A DNA stretch of 62,611 nt, the filler included, from Kipferlia bialata (taxonomy: Eukaryota): assembly GCA_003568945.1 (NCBI GenBank). It is 3 parts of 3 records of this genome, joined end to end, with 100 filler letters (N's around TTAATTAATTAA, not from the genome) between each part and the next. Parts side by side here need not be neighbours in the genome. Positions count along the whole stretch, not along the records: positions 1 to 28,361 come from BDIP01000152.1; positions 28,462 to 56,815 come from BDIP01000153.1; 1 more part is not named here. One strand, 5' to 3'. The notes under the pieces were generated by a model. It had not been told where the DNA came from. It ran no database searches and saw only the letters and a program-made list of their open reading frames with translations. The number at the start of each line of letters is the position of its first letter. The stretch's first letter is position 1. A program made the translations under genes and the position numbers. Shown piece after piece: positions 24,115-37,077 of the stretch.

Positions 24115-27100
24115 ATGAGGCACTCTGAGGATAGTGAGAGCAGTTCTAGCGACTCTGAGCAGTCTGAGCACCCCGAGCAGCGTGATGAGGAGTTTAGCGA
24201 GGATTCTGATGATGATGTGAGCGATGACAGCTCCTCAGAGGGTGAGATGGACGAGGAGGGCATGTTTGAGGTGTCTGACGAGGATATGTTTGCCGACAAC
24301 GTGGCCTACATGTCCTCAGAGCAGTACTCTGAGCTGGAGAGCCAGATTGAGGCCCAGCCCTCCTGGAAGCGTGTGCGCACCTTTGTGGATCTGCTTGTGG
24401 CCTATGGACGCCTGGGCTCTGCAGGAGCAGAGGGCCAGAAGAAGAAGGGGGGAGTGCGTGTCATGGCAGACAGCGAGGTGCTGATGCAGACCCCCGCCAC
24501 TGCTGTGCGTCTGCTTGCCCCTGCCCTGATCAGACTGGCCAAGGGGGGGGAGAGTGCCACAGGGGGGGAGGAGGAGGGGGCAGTCCCCATGAACCAGTAC
24601 GCATCGTACGCACGCACCAGGCCACTGGTGAAGGTGGGTGTATGTGTGGATGGGGGTGCATGGGGCGGAGTATTGTTTAGATGTGGTGTCAGAAGTGATT
24701 ATACCATTAGGTCTATGTCTCTATATCTCTTGCCCCAGTCAATGCCACTGTCACAGATGTGTATCTATTCTATACTCTGATAGCTCTCAGGTACCCCCCC
24801 CCCCCTTATGCCAGGCCTCTGTCAATGCCATTACAGAGATGTATATCTGTTGTATTCTCTATATCTATTCCATACTCTATTATGTCTAATGTATCACCTT
24901 ATGCCAGGCCTCTGTCAATGCCATCACAGAGATGTCCTCGGTCTATGTCTCTGCCGACATGCTGTGCACACTGTTCAACATACTGGGTGAGACATCATAT
25001 GTATATATGCACTTACTATATCTCTGTATATATGTGTCTATATGTATATCTGCCGACATGCTGTGCACCCTGTTCAACATACTGGGTGTGTGTATATCAT
25101 ATACTTGTGTTGCCATATGCTAACTCTACATCTGTATCTCTGTATCTATATGTATCCACTTGCATGAGCTGTCTCACCCCCAGCCTCTCTGGCCCCTCTC
25201 CTGGTGCACATTGAGATGTGTGCAGACAAGGTATAGATACGCAATCATATATGGTATAGTATATGTACAGAGTTTGTACAGAGGTAGATATTGAGATGTG
25301 TGCAGACAAGGTATGGAGATGTGTTTGTATACACTGGCATTTACATACACTGGTACTTATACGTTGAGATGTGCATACAAGGTTTTGTATTCAGATATAT
25401 ACCCGTCCGTGTTGTTCTCTACCCCCACCCCAGGCCCTGCACCTTGCCAAGGAGATATAGTATCTATCATATATATATAGCATGTGTGTGTATATATTGT
25501 GTATATGAGTGTATTCATATCTCACCCCAGGCCCTGCACCTTGCCAAGGAGCACCTGGTCAATGTGGACCCACAAGTCCGGTAGGGTTATAGATATATAG
25601 ATATATAGATAGAGAGAATTATATATGGGTGTGTGTACATATATATGCACCTGGTCAATGTGGACCCACAAGTCCGGTATGGTACATGTGTATATATATG
25701 TGTATACACATATTTATGAGTGGATAGATGTATGTATGTGTGAATGTACCTGGTCAACGTGGACCCACAAGTCCGGTAGGATATGAGTGAATGTGCATAT
25801 GATTCCTGTATCATAGTGTATTCACAGCCTTATGTATAGTATCTCTCTGTCTGACCCCCAGTCTCTTTGCCTATGTGTGCATCAGGGCCATGGCCACAGC
25901 AGCTGGGGCCTCGGACCAGGTATATATATATTTGTAGAGAGAGTGAGAGGGAGAGAGTATGTATGTATGTACTTTACCCTAGGTAGTAGGCGAGTGCTGC
26001 AAGACTGTCTTTCTGTCCCTCTCTCTCTATTTTTCTCACTATATCAATACTCCCCCTCACCCCCCAGGTAGTGGATGAGTGCTGCAAGACTGTGTACATG
26101 GGCTTCATGTCTGTGTGTGTCAAGAGGACAGTGCACTCACTCCCAATGGTGGCTTTCATCAGGTACTGGTGTATATGATATAGTATATACAGTATGTATG
26201 TTGTATATATAGAGTGTATTAATGTGTCTGTGTGTGTCAAGAGGACAGTGCACTCACTCCCAATGGTCGCATTCATCAGGTATGAGTCATCTCTATATCC
26301 CCCCCCCCCCCACCCCCCTTCCGTTGTCTCATAGGTTCAGCACCGTTGACCTGTACATGATGTATGTATAATTCATGTTCTAGTACATATCATATGTAAT
26401 CCCCCATATGTACCTATCCAATCTAACCCCCAGGTCCTGCACCGTTGACCTGTACATGGCTGTGCCTGAGTACGGACTGAGACACGCATTTGCATACATC
26501 AGGTATTATACATATACATGTAAGGTCTATTCATAGATCATCACTCCCTCCTGTTTCTCTCTAGTCTAACCCCCCAGGGAGCTAGGTGTGTTCCTCCGCA
26601 CCACCCTCAAGGGAGGGGTGGGTGCCCTGGGGGGGAAGAGGATGAGGGTATGTAGTGAATATAGAGTGTATAGTGTATAGCATATATTTATCTGGTATGT
26701 GTATACCCTCTCACCCCAGGTCAAGAAGGAGAAGGCCGCCTCCCTGACCGGTGTCCTCTCCTGGAGGTTCATGAGTGCCCTCAGGCTGTGGGCTGCCCTG
26801 GTCATCAAGAGCAGCCAGGCAGGGTCACAGGTAGGGTAACTGTTTTATATGCTACTTATACTCTGTATCATTGCATTTGCATTCATATTCATTGTTGCTT
26901 ATCCCAGGACTTCGACGGCATCATCTATGCCCTGGTTGAGACCATGCTCTGTGCATTCAGAGCAGTGCCCCAGGTGTGTAGCTGTATATAAATATATATG
27001 TGTGTGTATGTAATATATATGTAAGTGTGTGTGCATTCAGGGCAGTGCCCCAGGTATGGGTATATATCATCTCTCTCTCTCTCCCTCTCTCTCTCTCTCT

Positions 27101-27188
27101 TCCCTATTTCCCTCTCTCTATATATCTCCCTCTCATTAATTAGGCTGTCAGGTTTGCCCCTGCCCGTCTCCACATCATGTGTGTGTGC

Positions 27189-27222
<34 letters not shown>

Positions 27223-28321
27223 GTCTCTCTCTCACTCTCTAGGCCGTCAGGTTTGCCCCTGCCCGTCTCCACATCATGTGTGTCTCTCTCTCTCTCTCTC
27301 TATATATATATACATAAGTATATGTCTCTCTCTCACTCCCTAGGCCGTCAGGTTTGCCCCTGCCCGTCTCCACATCATGTCTGCCCTGGCCGGTATCCAG
27401 AGTGCCACGGAGATGCACATACCAGTGGTGGCAGGATGCATTGAGGTATATATACAATTCTATATGCACACACACACATATATATTTGTATATGTGTATA
27501 CCCCAACCCCAGGTGCTCCAGAATGCTGCCTACCCCCCCAATGTGGCCAACCTCAAGAGGATCCAGCAGAAGGTATGGGTTATGTAGTGTATCAATATGT
27601 ACGTATATCTGAGTACATACAGTACATATCCCTTACCCCCCAGGGCGTGACCCAGAAGAATGGCCTGCTTGACCTGTCCCTGGTCCTTGTAGTGTCACCC
27701 AGCGTGGCACACTCAGTCGGTATGTAGATATACAATATATGTATAGGGAGAGAGAGAGAGAGGGAGAGAGAGAGAGAGAAGGTAGACCTTTGGGGTGTCA
27801 CCCAGCGTGGCACACTCAGTGGGTATGTGTGTATATATATGCATATTGAGAGAGAGAGAGAGAGAGAGAACAGCCCCCTCCTGTCTCACACCCCAGCCTA
27901 CCGTGAGACCCTTCTGCTGGACACCCTGGCCATCATGCTGACATCCATGAGAGTGACAGCTAGGTGATTACATATATTTACTATATACACGTCATTTCCA
28001 TATATTTCCCATGAATGTGATAGCAAAGGTGTTGATGTGCATTGATATCTATCAGGAGACGCCTCTATCCCTCACCCCCAGGACGGCTGCCTTCCCTGAG
28101 TTTGTGACTCTGCCCATCCACCAGATCAAGGAGGTCAGGAGGTGGGGCGCATATGTGTGATGCATTCATGATGTATACACATTCTATTGTTCATTGATAC
28201 ACTCTCCTAACCCCCCAGGATGGCTGTCAAGTCCAAGCCCTACGCTGGTGGCTCTAGACCTTCCAAGTACCCAGCCATCCTCAGGCCATTTGGCAAGGAC
28301 GTGGCAGCATGGTGTGACAAG
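24115..28321 (+). CDS. NOC2: Nucleolar complex protein 2 (3' end lost in gap)
   Basis: An acidic N-terminus and spliced exons give Noc2 motifs: VRLFAYVCIR, HSLPMVAFIRSCTVDLY, HAFAYIRELGVFLR, VLSWRFMSALRLW, RFAPARLHIMSAL...HIPV and AAFPEF. Confidence 0.85.
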
Positions 28322-28361
28322 TGCGTGAGACTATGATACGTATATATATATATATATATAT

Positions 28362-28461
28362 NNNNNNNNNNNNNNNNNNNNNNNNNNNNNNNNNNNNNNN
28401 NNNNNTTAATTAATTAANNNNNNNNNNNNNNNNNNNNNNNNNNNNNNNNNNNNNNNNNNNN
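28362..28461. other. Assembly gap with artificial all-frame-stop linker TTAATTAATTAA (28406-28417)
   Basis: N runs flank the 12-mer, and an identical construct lies at 56860-56871. Confidence 0.9.
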
Positions 28462-28506
28462 CCCTCCCCCCTTTGATCCTCCCGCCCCCCCCCCCCCCCA
28501 CCCCAG

Positions 28507-28769
28507 GCCAGCCCCAGCCCCCCGATGGGTCCAGTGCCCTGGTCGACTGGTCCCTAGACACGACCCTCCACAGGGTACTCAGTGCCATGGTGCAGGTATG
28601 TAGTATACTTGTATTGATATACATGTATGCATATTACACAGGGTGCTCAGTGCCATGGTGCAGGTATGCAGTTTATGTCTATACACTCATTGATATATAT
28701 ATAGGATGTACCATGTATATTACTCTGGATACTCAGTGCCATGGTGCAGGTGGCAGCATCATGTGCATG

Positions 28770-28802
<33 letters not shown>

Positions 28803-30960
28803 TTGTATGTTGGAGTATGTACCTCTAGGTACTTGTTCTCTGACTACGTGGTAAGGAGGGAAGAGTGACGTTCACCATACATATGTGTTCACGGGATAAT
28901 GGATGAAGTATGCGAATACTTATATATATGTATATATATATATATATATATCACGAAGAGTATACATATGGCTGCATGGCATTGTGTCTCATGCCTCAGG
29001 CTGATGCCCTGGCGTCACGGGCAGTGTCTCCTTCCCCTACCCCCCTTGCCACCCACCTGATGATGGACCCCTCCACCATAGTCAGACTGGTCACAACCCC
29101 TCTCAGGTATGTGTAGCACAGGATAGACATTGATAGATACTGAAACTGATACTGATACTGATACTGGTCACAACGCCCCTCAGGTAGCCCTGAGTGTGGA
29201 TTGTATGTATACACATACCCATATATATGTGTGTATTATGTCATGTAAGGTCATAACTCCCAGTATCTCCCATATCAGTATATGTGGCTATGGCTAATAT
29301 TGTGCATATAGTATGATGCGCTCTCTTTCCATGAGCTGTGTGCCTTGACCTGTATGTGACTGATGTATGTGACTGATGTATGTATGTGACTGATACCCCT
29401 AGGTCTCTGGTCCTGGGCCTCATGTTGGCAGACAAGTTCTTCATCAGAACAGCATTCTGGCTGGAGGTGGGGTGGATACATTGCAGTCACTCAGTATAGT
29501 CTGTTCTGCGTTGATATTGATATGTCAGGTGCGAGGACAGCACTATCAGTACCAGTGTACCCGTGGAGTGACCCACAAGCGCCACTTCGACATGGCCCTG
29601 ACCAGGTACCACTGTCACTGGCTGGTCTGCATACTGAGCGTCACTGTATATATTGTGTTGATGACGGCGCTTCTCTGCATTATATGTTTATAAGTATATA
29701 TGTCCCCGTCCAAGTGCCATGCTGTGGGTACCCTCTGACCCTAGATGCCTGCTGAGTATCAAACCATACATTGTACACACAGTAGACTGTGTATCCATCG
29801 GATCTGACCCCAGGTACCTGCTGTCGCTGCTCCCCCCTGCCGTGGCTGTGGCCTGTGTGGCCTGTGTGTACGGGGTGGGGATGCCCTCGGATGCACAGGC
29901 ACAGGCTGAGAGAGAGAGGAAGAGGGAGAGAGAGCGCAGACTCAGCAGGGAGAGAGAGGCTGCTGCCGCTCGGCTGGCAGAGGGCAGTGACGACGAGGAT
30001 GAGGGTGAGGGGTCTGAGGGGTCTGAGGGGTCTGAGGCTGGGCCTGCTCTCACATCGGCCATGGAGAGAGAGGTCGAGAGAGAGGTCGAGGCCAGGTAGG
30101 GGTGTGCTGGGGGGTATATGCATGTATATATATATATATTTATATATATATGTGTGCATGTTGCCACACGTACTAAATCTGGTGCTGAATTGGCCGCAGA
30201 GCTATACTATTGCTGATTCTGCCTGTGTGTGATATGTATAGGCATATACCCTTGTGTGTATGTGTGTATCTGCCCCTTATACTGATACTGATACTGATGC
30301 CGCAGGATGGTCAATGCCATGGCCATGTTGGGCGATGTGCCTGTCGACACGGCACAAGGCAGAGCACTAGTCACCATGGTGCGTACAGAGCTGGCCCGGA
30401 TAGCAAGAGGTATGAGTTTGTAAAGAATCTAGAAGTGCATACATACTGGGACGCTGTACTGTATTGATACTCTGAGGGGACCTGCCCTCACATGATACAG
30501 TCAGTATATATATATATATATATATATAGTATATATAGACACTCCATGGCACTGGGGTCGATGTGCACATATATATGCACAGGCCCCCTGACCCCAGGCA
30601 ACGTGAGACAGAGACTGGCCGAGACCCAGGAGGCCATGGCCCAGATGCACATGGTCAGACCAGAGGGGGAGAGAGAGGATGCCACGCATGGTGCTAACCT
30701 TATCGCTGCAGAGGCCGGCCATGCTGGTGAGGGAGACGAGGGTGGTGAGGAGGAGGGTGGTGAGGGTGATGTGGACATGGACGGGGGCGAGGCCTCTGAT
30801 GCCGCAGATGCCCCCACCCCCCCCCTCCTCCCTGTCACAGCGGCAGAGTCCACAGAGAGCAAGGACAGGTATGGTGTATGTGGTGTATATGGTATACATT
30901 GCATAGCATGAGTACCCCTCCTCTCATCATCGACCATGCCGACGCTGATCAAGGGCAACC

Positions 30961-31001
<41 letters not shown>

Positions 31002-33236
31002 GGTGTAGAGTAGACCAGGTAGTTGCGTGCCTGCCTATCGTCTCTATCTCTGACACCTAGGTGGACGTCCCTTGTCGGAGGCTTCCTCCACACCCTGCTG
31101 GAGTGTGCCTTCCCGGGTCCCCCCCTCACAGACGCCACGGCAACCCTCAGAGACTTTGTGGTGGGACGGTACGTGAGAGTGTAGGCAGTAGTGTATAGGT
31201 GGATTAGAAACGCTGAGTGGTAGGTTGCCGTGCACAGTACAGTGTGATACCTGCCCTTACCCCCAGGCTGGCCATAGACGACACCACAGTCAGTGCCATA
31301 TCGGAGGCATGCCCCTCGGATGGGTTGGAGAGCCCAGGGGTCATAGAGGTTCGACGTCTATATACAAGTGTGTGTATGTTTGTGGTGCTTTTGCCTTTCT
31401 TGCGTGTACATGAAGTATGTCATGCCACACCTTTGTGCGCTATTAATTCGCATTGTGTTTTGTGTCTCTTCCTAAGTATGCAACGGACTGGGTGTCCCCT
31501 AGCAGGGTCTGACCCTTTAGGCCGTTGTCTCTGAGGTGGGCGAGGATCTGGAGGGGGATGGAATCACGTTCCAGGCCAGAAAGTACAGGTGAGGCAGTAT
31601 CAGGATCAGTATATTCAAACTAGTCAATTTGCATTTCAGTTATGTTCCGTATTGTGTAAGGTGTTACATATGGTACCCTCTTAGGCCCTGCTGACAGGGC
31701 GTGCATACATGTTGTATACAGTGATTGATGTTGTACATAGGTGTTGTTTGCACTGTTTTCAACTTATCATCATCCTACTCCAGGCTGCACCCCGACGCGC
31801 GATACATATATATATATTAGCAGATATAGTATAGTATATAGATATAGTATATATGTAGATACTGACACTGATACTCCAGGCTGCACCCCGACTCGTGGGT
31901 CGAGTACCACCCGTACAGTGGGTATCTGGTAGGTATGGGGACACACGGGTCATGTTGGGTTTTCTGTAAATGTCGGGTGAGACATATGGTGTTGTGGCAT
32001 GTCAATGAGTGGGTAGGGAAGTGCTGGGAGAGGTCATAGACGACCATTTACCTTCTATTCTTACCTCTCCATGTAGAACTTCTGGGGTCCTTTTGGATCT
32101 CTCTATAACTATATATATGGGTGTATGTATATATAGGTGTTTTAAGACTCTAAATAATTAGATCTAACTGTAGGCTTCGCTAGTAAGGCTCTGCAGCGCT
32201 ATTCCGCGGCCAACAAGACCACGCTGCCCTCCATGTTCGACACGACCCTGGACACAGCAGACACCGCGGTGCAGGTACCACACGTGTGTGTGGGGATATA
32301 GTAATGTATTCATATACCATTACGATGGGAGTATTGTGCAACACAGACTGTTCATGCGCCATAGCCAAGTGATACACATATTCCTGCATACGTCAGTTCA
32401 TATACATGTATTCCAGCGCCTATGTGTTGGATCACATGCACACAGTTTTCGATGCAGGTTCACATGCACATTCAAATACTCACACACATTGTTTCCCCAA
32501 CAAATCTCGAGAAGTGTAGTTGTTTCTTTGCAGAATCCTTTTCAATTTTGGTACCTCTTTCTGTCTTTTCGCTTCATCTGTCATTTCTTCATATATCCAT
32601 CTTCTGACACAGGCTCTCTGCGAGCCCCTGACTCTATCCCTGGCTGTGTCGCTCCTGACCGACAAGGAGCACTGCACCACAAGCACAATGTGGGTGGTGT
32701 CAGTATCAGTATGAGTACACTACTATAGTATCAATACTGTGATACTGATACTGATACTGTAGATGTCCGACTCTATATAGATGTCTGACTGTGTATAGAT
32801 GTCTACACTATCCACCCCCTACTGTTTCCACTCCTACCCTCTACCCCCTACCCCCCCAGGTTTGATGTGCTGACTGTGCTGTGGGTTAATGCCTCCTGTG
32901 GCCTGTCAGACGCCAAGGCCAGCCAGATCAGAGGTGCGATGGTGTCAGTTAGTATCTGTGTGTTCTTATGGGTATAGACGTCGTGTCCCCTCCTACCCCC
33001 AGACACGTTTGATGTATATCAGGATCAGTATCAGTATCTGCTCAGTTTGTCTACTCAAGAGATGCTGACACTGATCCCAGACACGTTTGATGTGCTTGAG
33101 GGCGTCACCAGTCCCCACACCCTGCTGTCTCTAAGCAGACGCATCAAGGCATTGGTTCTGGCCAGGTATACGTGTATGTCAAAGAGAGTGGTACAGCAGA
33201 TGGATGGCTGGTGTGATATATAGTGTATGTATAGTG

Positions 33237-33286
<50 letters not shown>

Positions 33287-33826
33287 CATGGCTGCAGGGC
33301 TGCAGGGCCGTCACCGAATTCTCAAACTGCGTCTCTCTCTCTCCTCCCGTACCCATCCTAGGCTACCCACCCCCACCACCCACACGGCCCTGTCCCCTCT
33401 GAGCGAGTGCTCCACCCCAGGAGAGAGGGCGGAGAGGGGGAGGAGCGCCCAGGCTAAGGTAGGCTAGTTCAGTACTGCCGTTTATATGTCTTAATATAGT
33501 ATAGATGTGTGTTTACATGGATATACCTTCTGATACGTCTGTGTTTGTTGGTACAGAGTGTATGTGTCGTCCATTTCAAGTCTGGGTGTAGAAAGAATTA
33601 TGTTCATTCTACTGCAATCTGTCCTGTGTCGCTCACCCCCCCCCCCCCCATGTAGCGTATCAGTATCAATATTAATGTATGTATAAATACTGTAGTAAAC
33701 ATTATTGTCAGATACTGACCCCAGGCCATGGCGCGTATGCAGGCCATGATGTCGAAGGCTAGAGGGAAGTTTGGGCAGGAGATGATGGGTCGTCAACGTC
33801 CAGATGGTCACTCGGGGCTGGAGGAG
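28507..33826 (+). CDS. UBR1/UBR2-like N-recognin E3 ligase, internal fragment
   Basis: Spliced exons give TTPLRSLVLGLMLADKFFIR...HYQY...FDMALTR, LRDFVVGRLAIDDTTVSAISEACP...YRLHPDSWVEYHPY and AQAKAMARMQAMMSKARGKF. Order and spacing resemble the UBR1 middle region, winged-helix and pre-RING helix as I recall them. The UBR box and RING are not in view. Confidence 0.6.
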
Positions 33827-34033
33827 GTATAGACGCCACTGCTAGTATCTGACGATTGGAGGTGGAGGCGCAGTATACACCCTGATTATACACCCTTATC
33901 TTATACACCCTGACTGGTGGTGGCCTGTATCAGTATCAGTATCAGTATCGGTGTCCCTCCTCCGATGGAATATGTCACTGTGCTCCTCCACCCCCCCCCC
34001 CCCTTTTGCCCCTGACCCATATTCCCACTCCGC

Positions 34034-34659
34034 NNNNNNNNNNNNNNNNNNNNNNNNNNNNNNNNNNNNNNNNNNNNNNNNNNNNNNNNNNNNNNNNNNN
34101 NNNNNNNNNNNNNNNNNNNNNNNNNNNNNNNNNNNNNNNNNNNNNNNNNNNNNNNNNNNNNNNNNNNNNNNNNNNNNNNNNNNNNNNNNNNNNNNNNNNN
34201 NNNNNNNNNNNNNNNNNNNNNNNNNNNNNNNNNNNNNNNNNNNNNNNNNNNNNNNNNNNNNNNNNNNNNNNNNNNNNNNNNNNNNNNNNNNNNNNNNNNN
34301 NNNNNNNNNNNNNNNNNNNNNNNNNNNNNNNNNNNNNNNNNNNNNNNNNNNNNNNNNNNNNNNNNNNNNNNNNNNNNNNNNNNNNNNNNNNNNNNNNNNN
34401 NNNNNNNNNNNNNNNNNNNNNNNNNNNNNNNNNNNNNNNNNNNNNNNNNNNNNNNNNNNNNNNNNNNNNNNNNNNNNNNNNNNNNNNNNNNNNNNNNNNN
34501 NNNNNNNNNNNNNNNNNNNNNNNNNNNNNNNNNNNNNNNNNNNNNNNNNNNNNNNNNNNNNNNNNNNNNNNNNNNNNNNNNNNNNNNNNNNNNNNNNNNN
34601 NNNNNNNNNNNNNNNNNNNNNNNNNNNNNNNNNNNNNNNNNNNNNNNNNNNNNNNNNNN
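34034..34659. other. Assembly gap
   Basis: N run. Confidence 0.95.
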
Positions 34660-35506
34660 CCAAAAAAAAAATACTTATACCCCCCCCCCCCCCACACACA
34701 CACACAGTAATATACATCACCAACGAGAATACTATGGTAACAGTGAACTTCATCTTACCTGGTGCTTGATGCTACGTGTAGCCGGGTGCTTCACTAGATT
34801 GGAGGTCGATAGAGAGAAGGTGCAATGAGTCTACTCCCAAATCACAGAAGGGTCTAGCTACTCAAAAACCTCGAGACTGTGAGCGACGGAGATAAATACT
34901 AGGGGTAGAGACGTATATATCTGTGTACGCCAATAGATGTATGCCTTTCAATGTTATTCTTGTGTTGGTTGAGGATGTTTAGGGCCGAGCATACAGGACT
35001 CCTCTAACAGGAGAGAAGGTCACAGTGTCGCTGGGATAGAGCACTATACCTCAAGTATCTCTATACTATAGAGCACTCTACCGGCGTACTATATATATAC
35101 CATACTACCCTTGGGAGTGCAGGTAGGCTTGCTTGAGCATTAGTCTCTCTAAGACTCCTAGATCCTCTAGGAGTACTGAGGCTGTCCATGGCACTCTGCT
35201 ACTGGCAGAGTACCTCTCAACATCTCTACTGACATGGACATAACCAGTCTACGACTGCATGGAACTCATAGTCCACCTATCCACTATGGATAAGTTGTGT
35301 TTCAGTAAGCTTACTCCTCCCTTAGTATCCATATTGACATAATAATTAAGTATGTATTACTAATGGTCAGTCTTCCTGCTAAGCAGTGGGGGACCCCCAC
35401 TGGGGGTATAGTAGAGAGACCTATGATTGCTTCCCAATCAATAGTATGGTCAGAGAGTCAACTGTCAGATGTTTCACCATGTTATGATCTAATAACTCTC
35501 ATTGTG

Positions 35507-37077
35507 TTAACTTAACACTGTTAAGAAACCTTTACGGACAACATCGTACATTGTATCACCCAAAGATATCTGGAGAAAGCACCCCTCCTCTCTCCTGTAA
35601 CATGGCATGATCCAGGTGCAGGATGTGCCAAACAGGGTGTACGGAGCTGATTATTAGCATCAAACACACTGTAAGTGACATTGATATACATATGGAGGAC
35701 CGGTATCCAGTACTTATGTGTCCAATAGTGTCCTATACTAAAATGTCTATACTAGTACTAGTACTACCATCAGTTACTGCCTTTGGATATGAACCAAGTA
35801 GGTGCCAGTTGAGAGTTCAACACAGTCCCTGCAGTAGAAGTCAGTATCGCAGCACCTAATAAACTCCCCACTCACACTATCCAGGTAGCCAATACCATCC
35901 GTTGGGTCAAATTCAGGGCCACTCGAGTATCCGAAACAAAGTGTAGAGTTACCGACTCGAATGTCACAAGAAGACTCAAAACCATAGGGCATCGTGTTCT
36001 CAAAACCCCTCTCCCATCCATCAGCAACAGAGTAGGAAAGACGTATGTCCTCTTGGTGGTCATCGGAGTAGGCCACCATCAGAACCGTGTCGCCTACAGC
36101 AATTGGGACCAACTTATCGTATTCTTGAAAGTCAGTAGGTGCTAAACTCCAATTATTATGATGTCTGGCTGATTGCAGTAAGAATACATCTGAAACACTG
36201 TAGTTACAGAAGTGCTGGATAGAGGGCACCGGCGTACATTTTCAAATTTTAAGAGTATCACTGCGAGAGAGATGGGTAGTAGTTCTAGTATCAAGTGGTA
36301 TTACCAATCGAACAGTATGGAGGGGGAGGGATCGCTTGACACTCCTCTGAATCAGGATCTAGAAGAAAGAGGCCCAGGTTTGACTGTAACAGAATACTGT
36401 CGCCAAATCTGTGAATAGAGAGGCTACTGCCACTGTCAGTGCCACTGAGTATCTCGTCTGGTATTACAGGACATAATGTCCATTCACCTGATGATTAGAG
36501 AGAAGACAGGGTTTTCATCGCTGTATGCTTGTACTGTATAGTGCAGCCTCGAAGGACAAGGCAACCAGAGGTAATGAGTTATTATTAATTGCACATACAT
36601 ATTGTCAACTGGGTGCAATTGAAGAATGAAGTGAGTACCTGTATCTTTATGGAGAATGTGGAGCAGCCAACGTCTGCTCTTGGTGGAGGTGCAATCCAAG
36701 TAGGATAGGCACACCACCCGACTATCAACACAAACAGCCTGGTCACACTTTCCCACTGGAGGCTTGACCTGTACTCTTAACCAACAGTATCAGATATCAG
36801 TATCAGTATCAGTAGAGTACTGATACTAATACTGAGTAGATACTGATACTGATACTGATACTGATACTGATACCTGTACCCCCTTAACCAACGTGTAAGC
36901 ACCTTCTACGGTGCAAAGGGTGTAAGTTGTGGCGTCCTTGGCATTCAGGATACGGTTGCGTCCAAAAGGGAGAGGACATAAGTCATAGGTATGAAGGTCT
37001 CCCACATCGACCTCCTCCAGCCATATGATCGAGTCCTTAGACGTCAGCAGCTCCTCAAATGTGAGTGTTTGAGCCAT
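35507..37077 (-). CDS. Divergent beta-propeller-like protein, head-to-head pair, left copy
   Basis: Exons read MAQTLTFEELL...WLEEVDVG...KGVQ | VKPP...HKDT | GEWT...LDPDSEEC...; [37 protein letters not shown]. All align with 37929-39642. The join near 36230-36305 is unresolved. Confidence 0.6.

Noticed and set aside
28406..28417. TTAATTAATTAA between N runs (also 56860-56871) as a piggyBac TTAA site or biological motif
   Set aside because: It is an identical 12-mer with stops in all frames, centred in equal N runs, so it is a scaffolding linker.
24115..33826. NOC2 and the downstream exons as one fused gene
   Set aside because: They are separated by the artificial linker, and the two parts resemble unrelated families.
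122..33826. Functional ubiquitin-system cluster (USP, RING, UBR, Kelch, LRR)
   Set aside because: These are large common families, and one adjacency crosses an artificial join. There is no evidence beyond chance.
33896..34769. Long ORFs in the track
   Set aside because: They are read-through of N runs.
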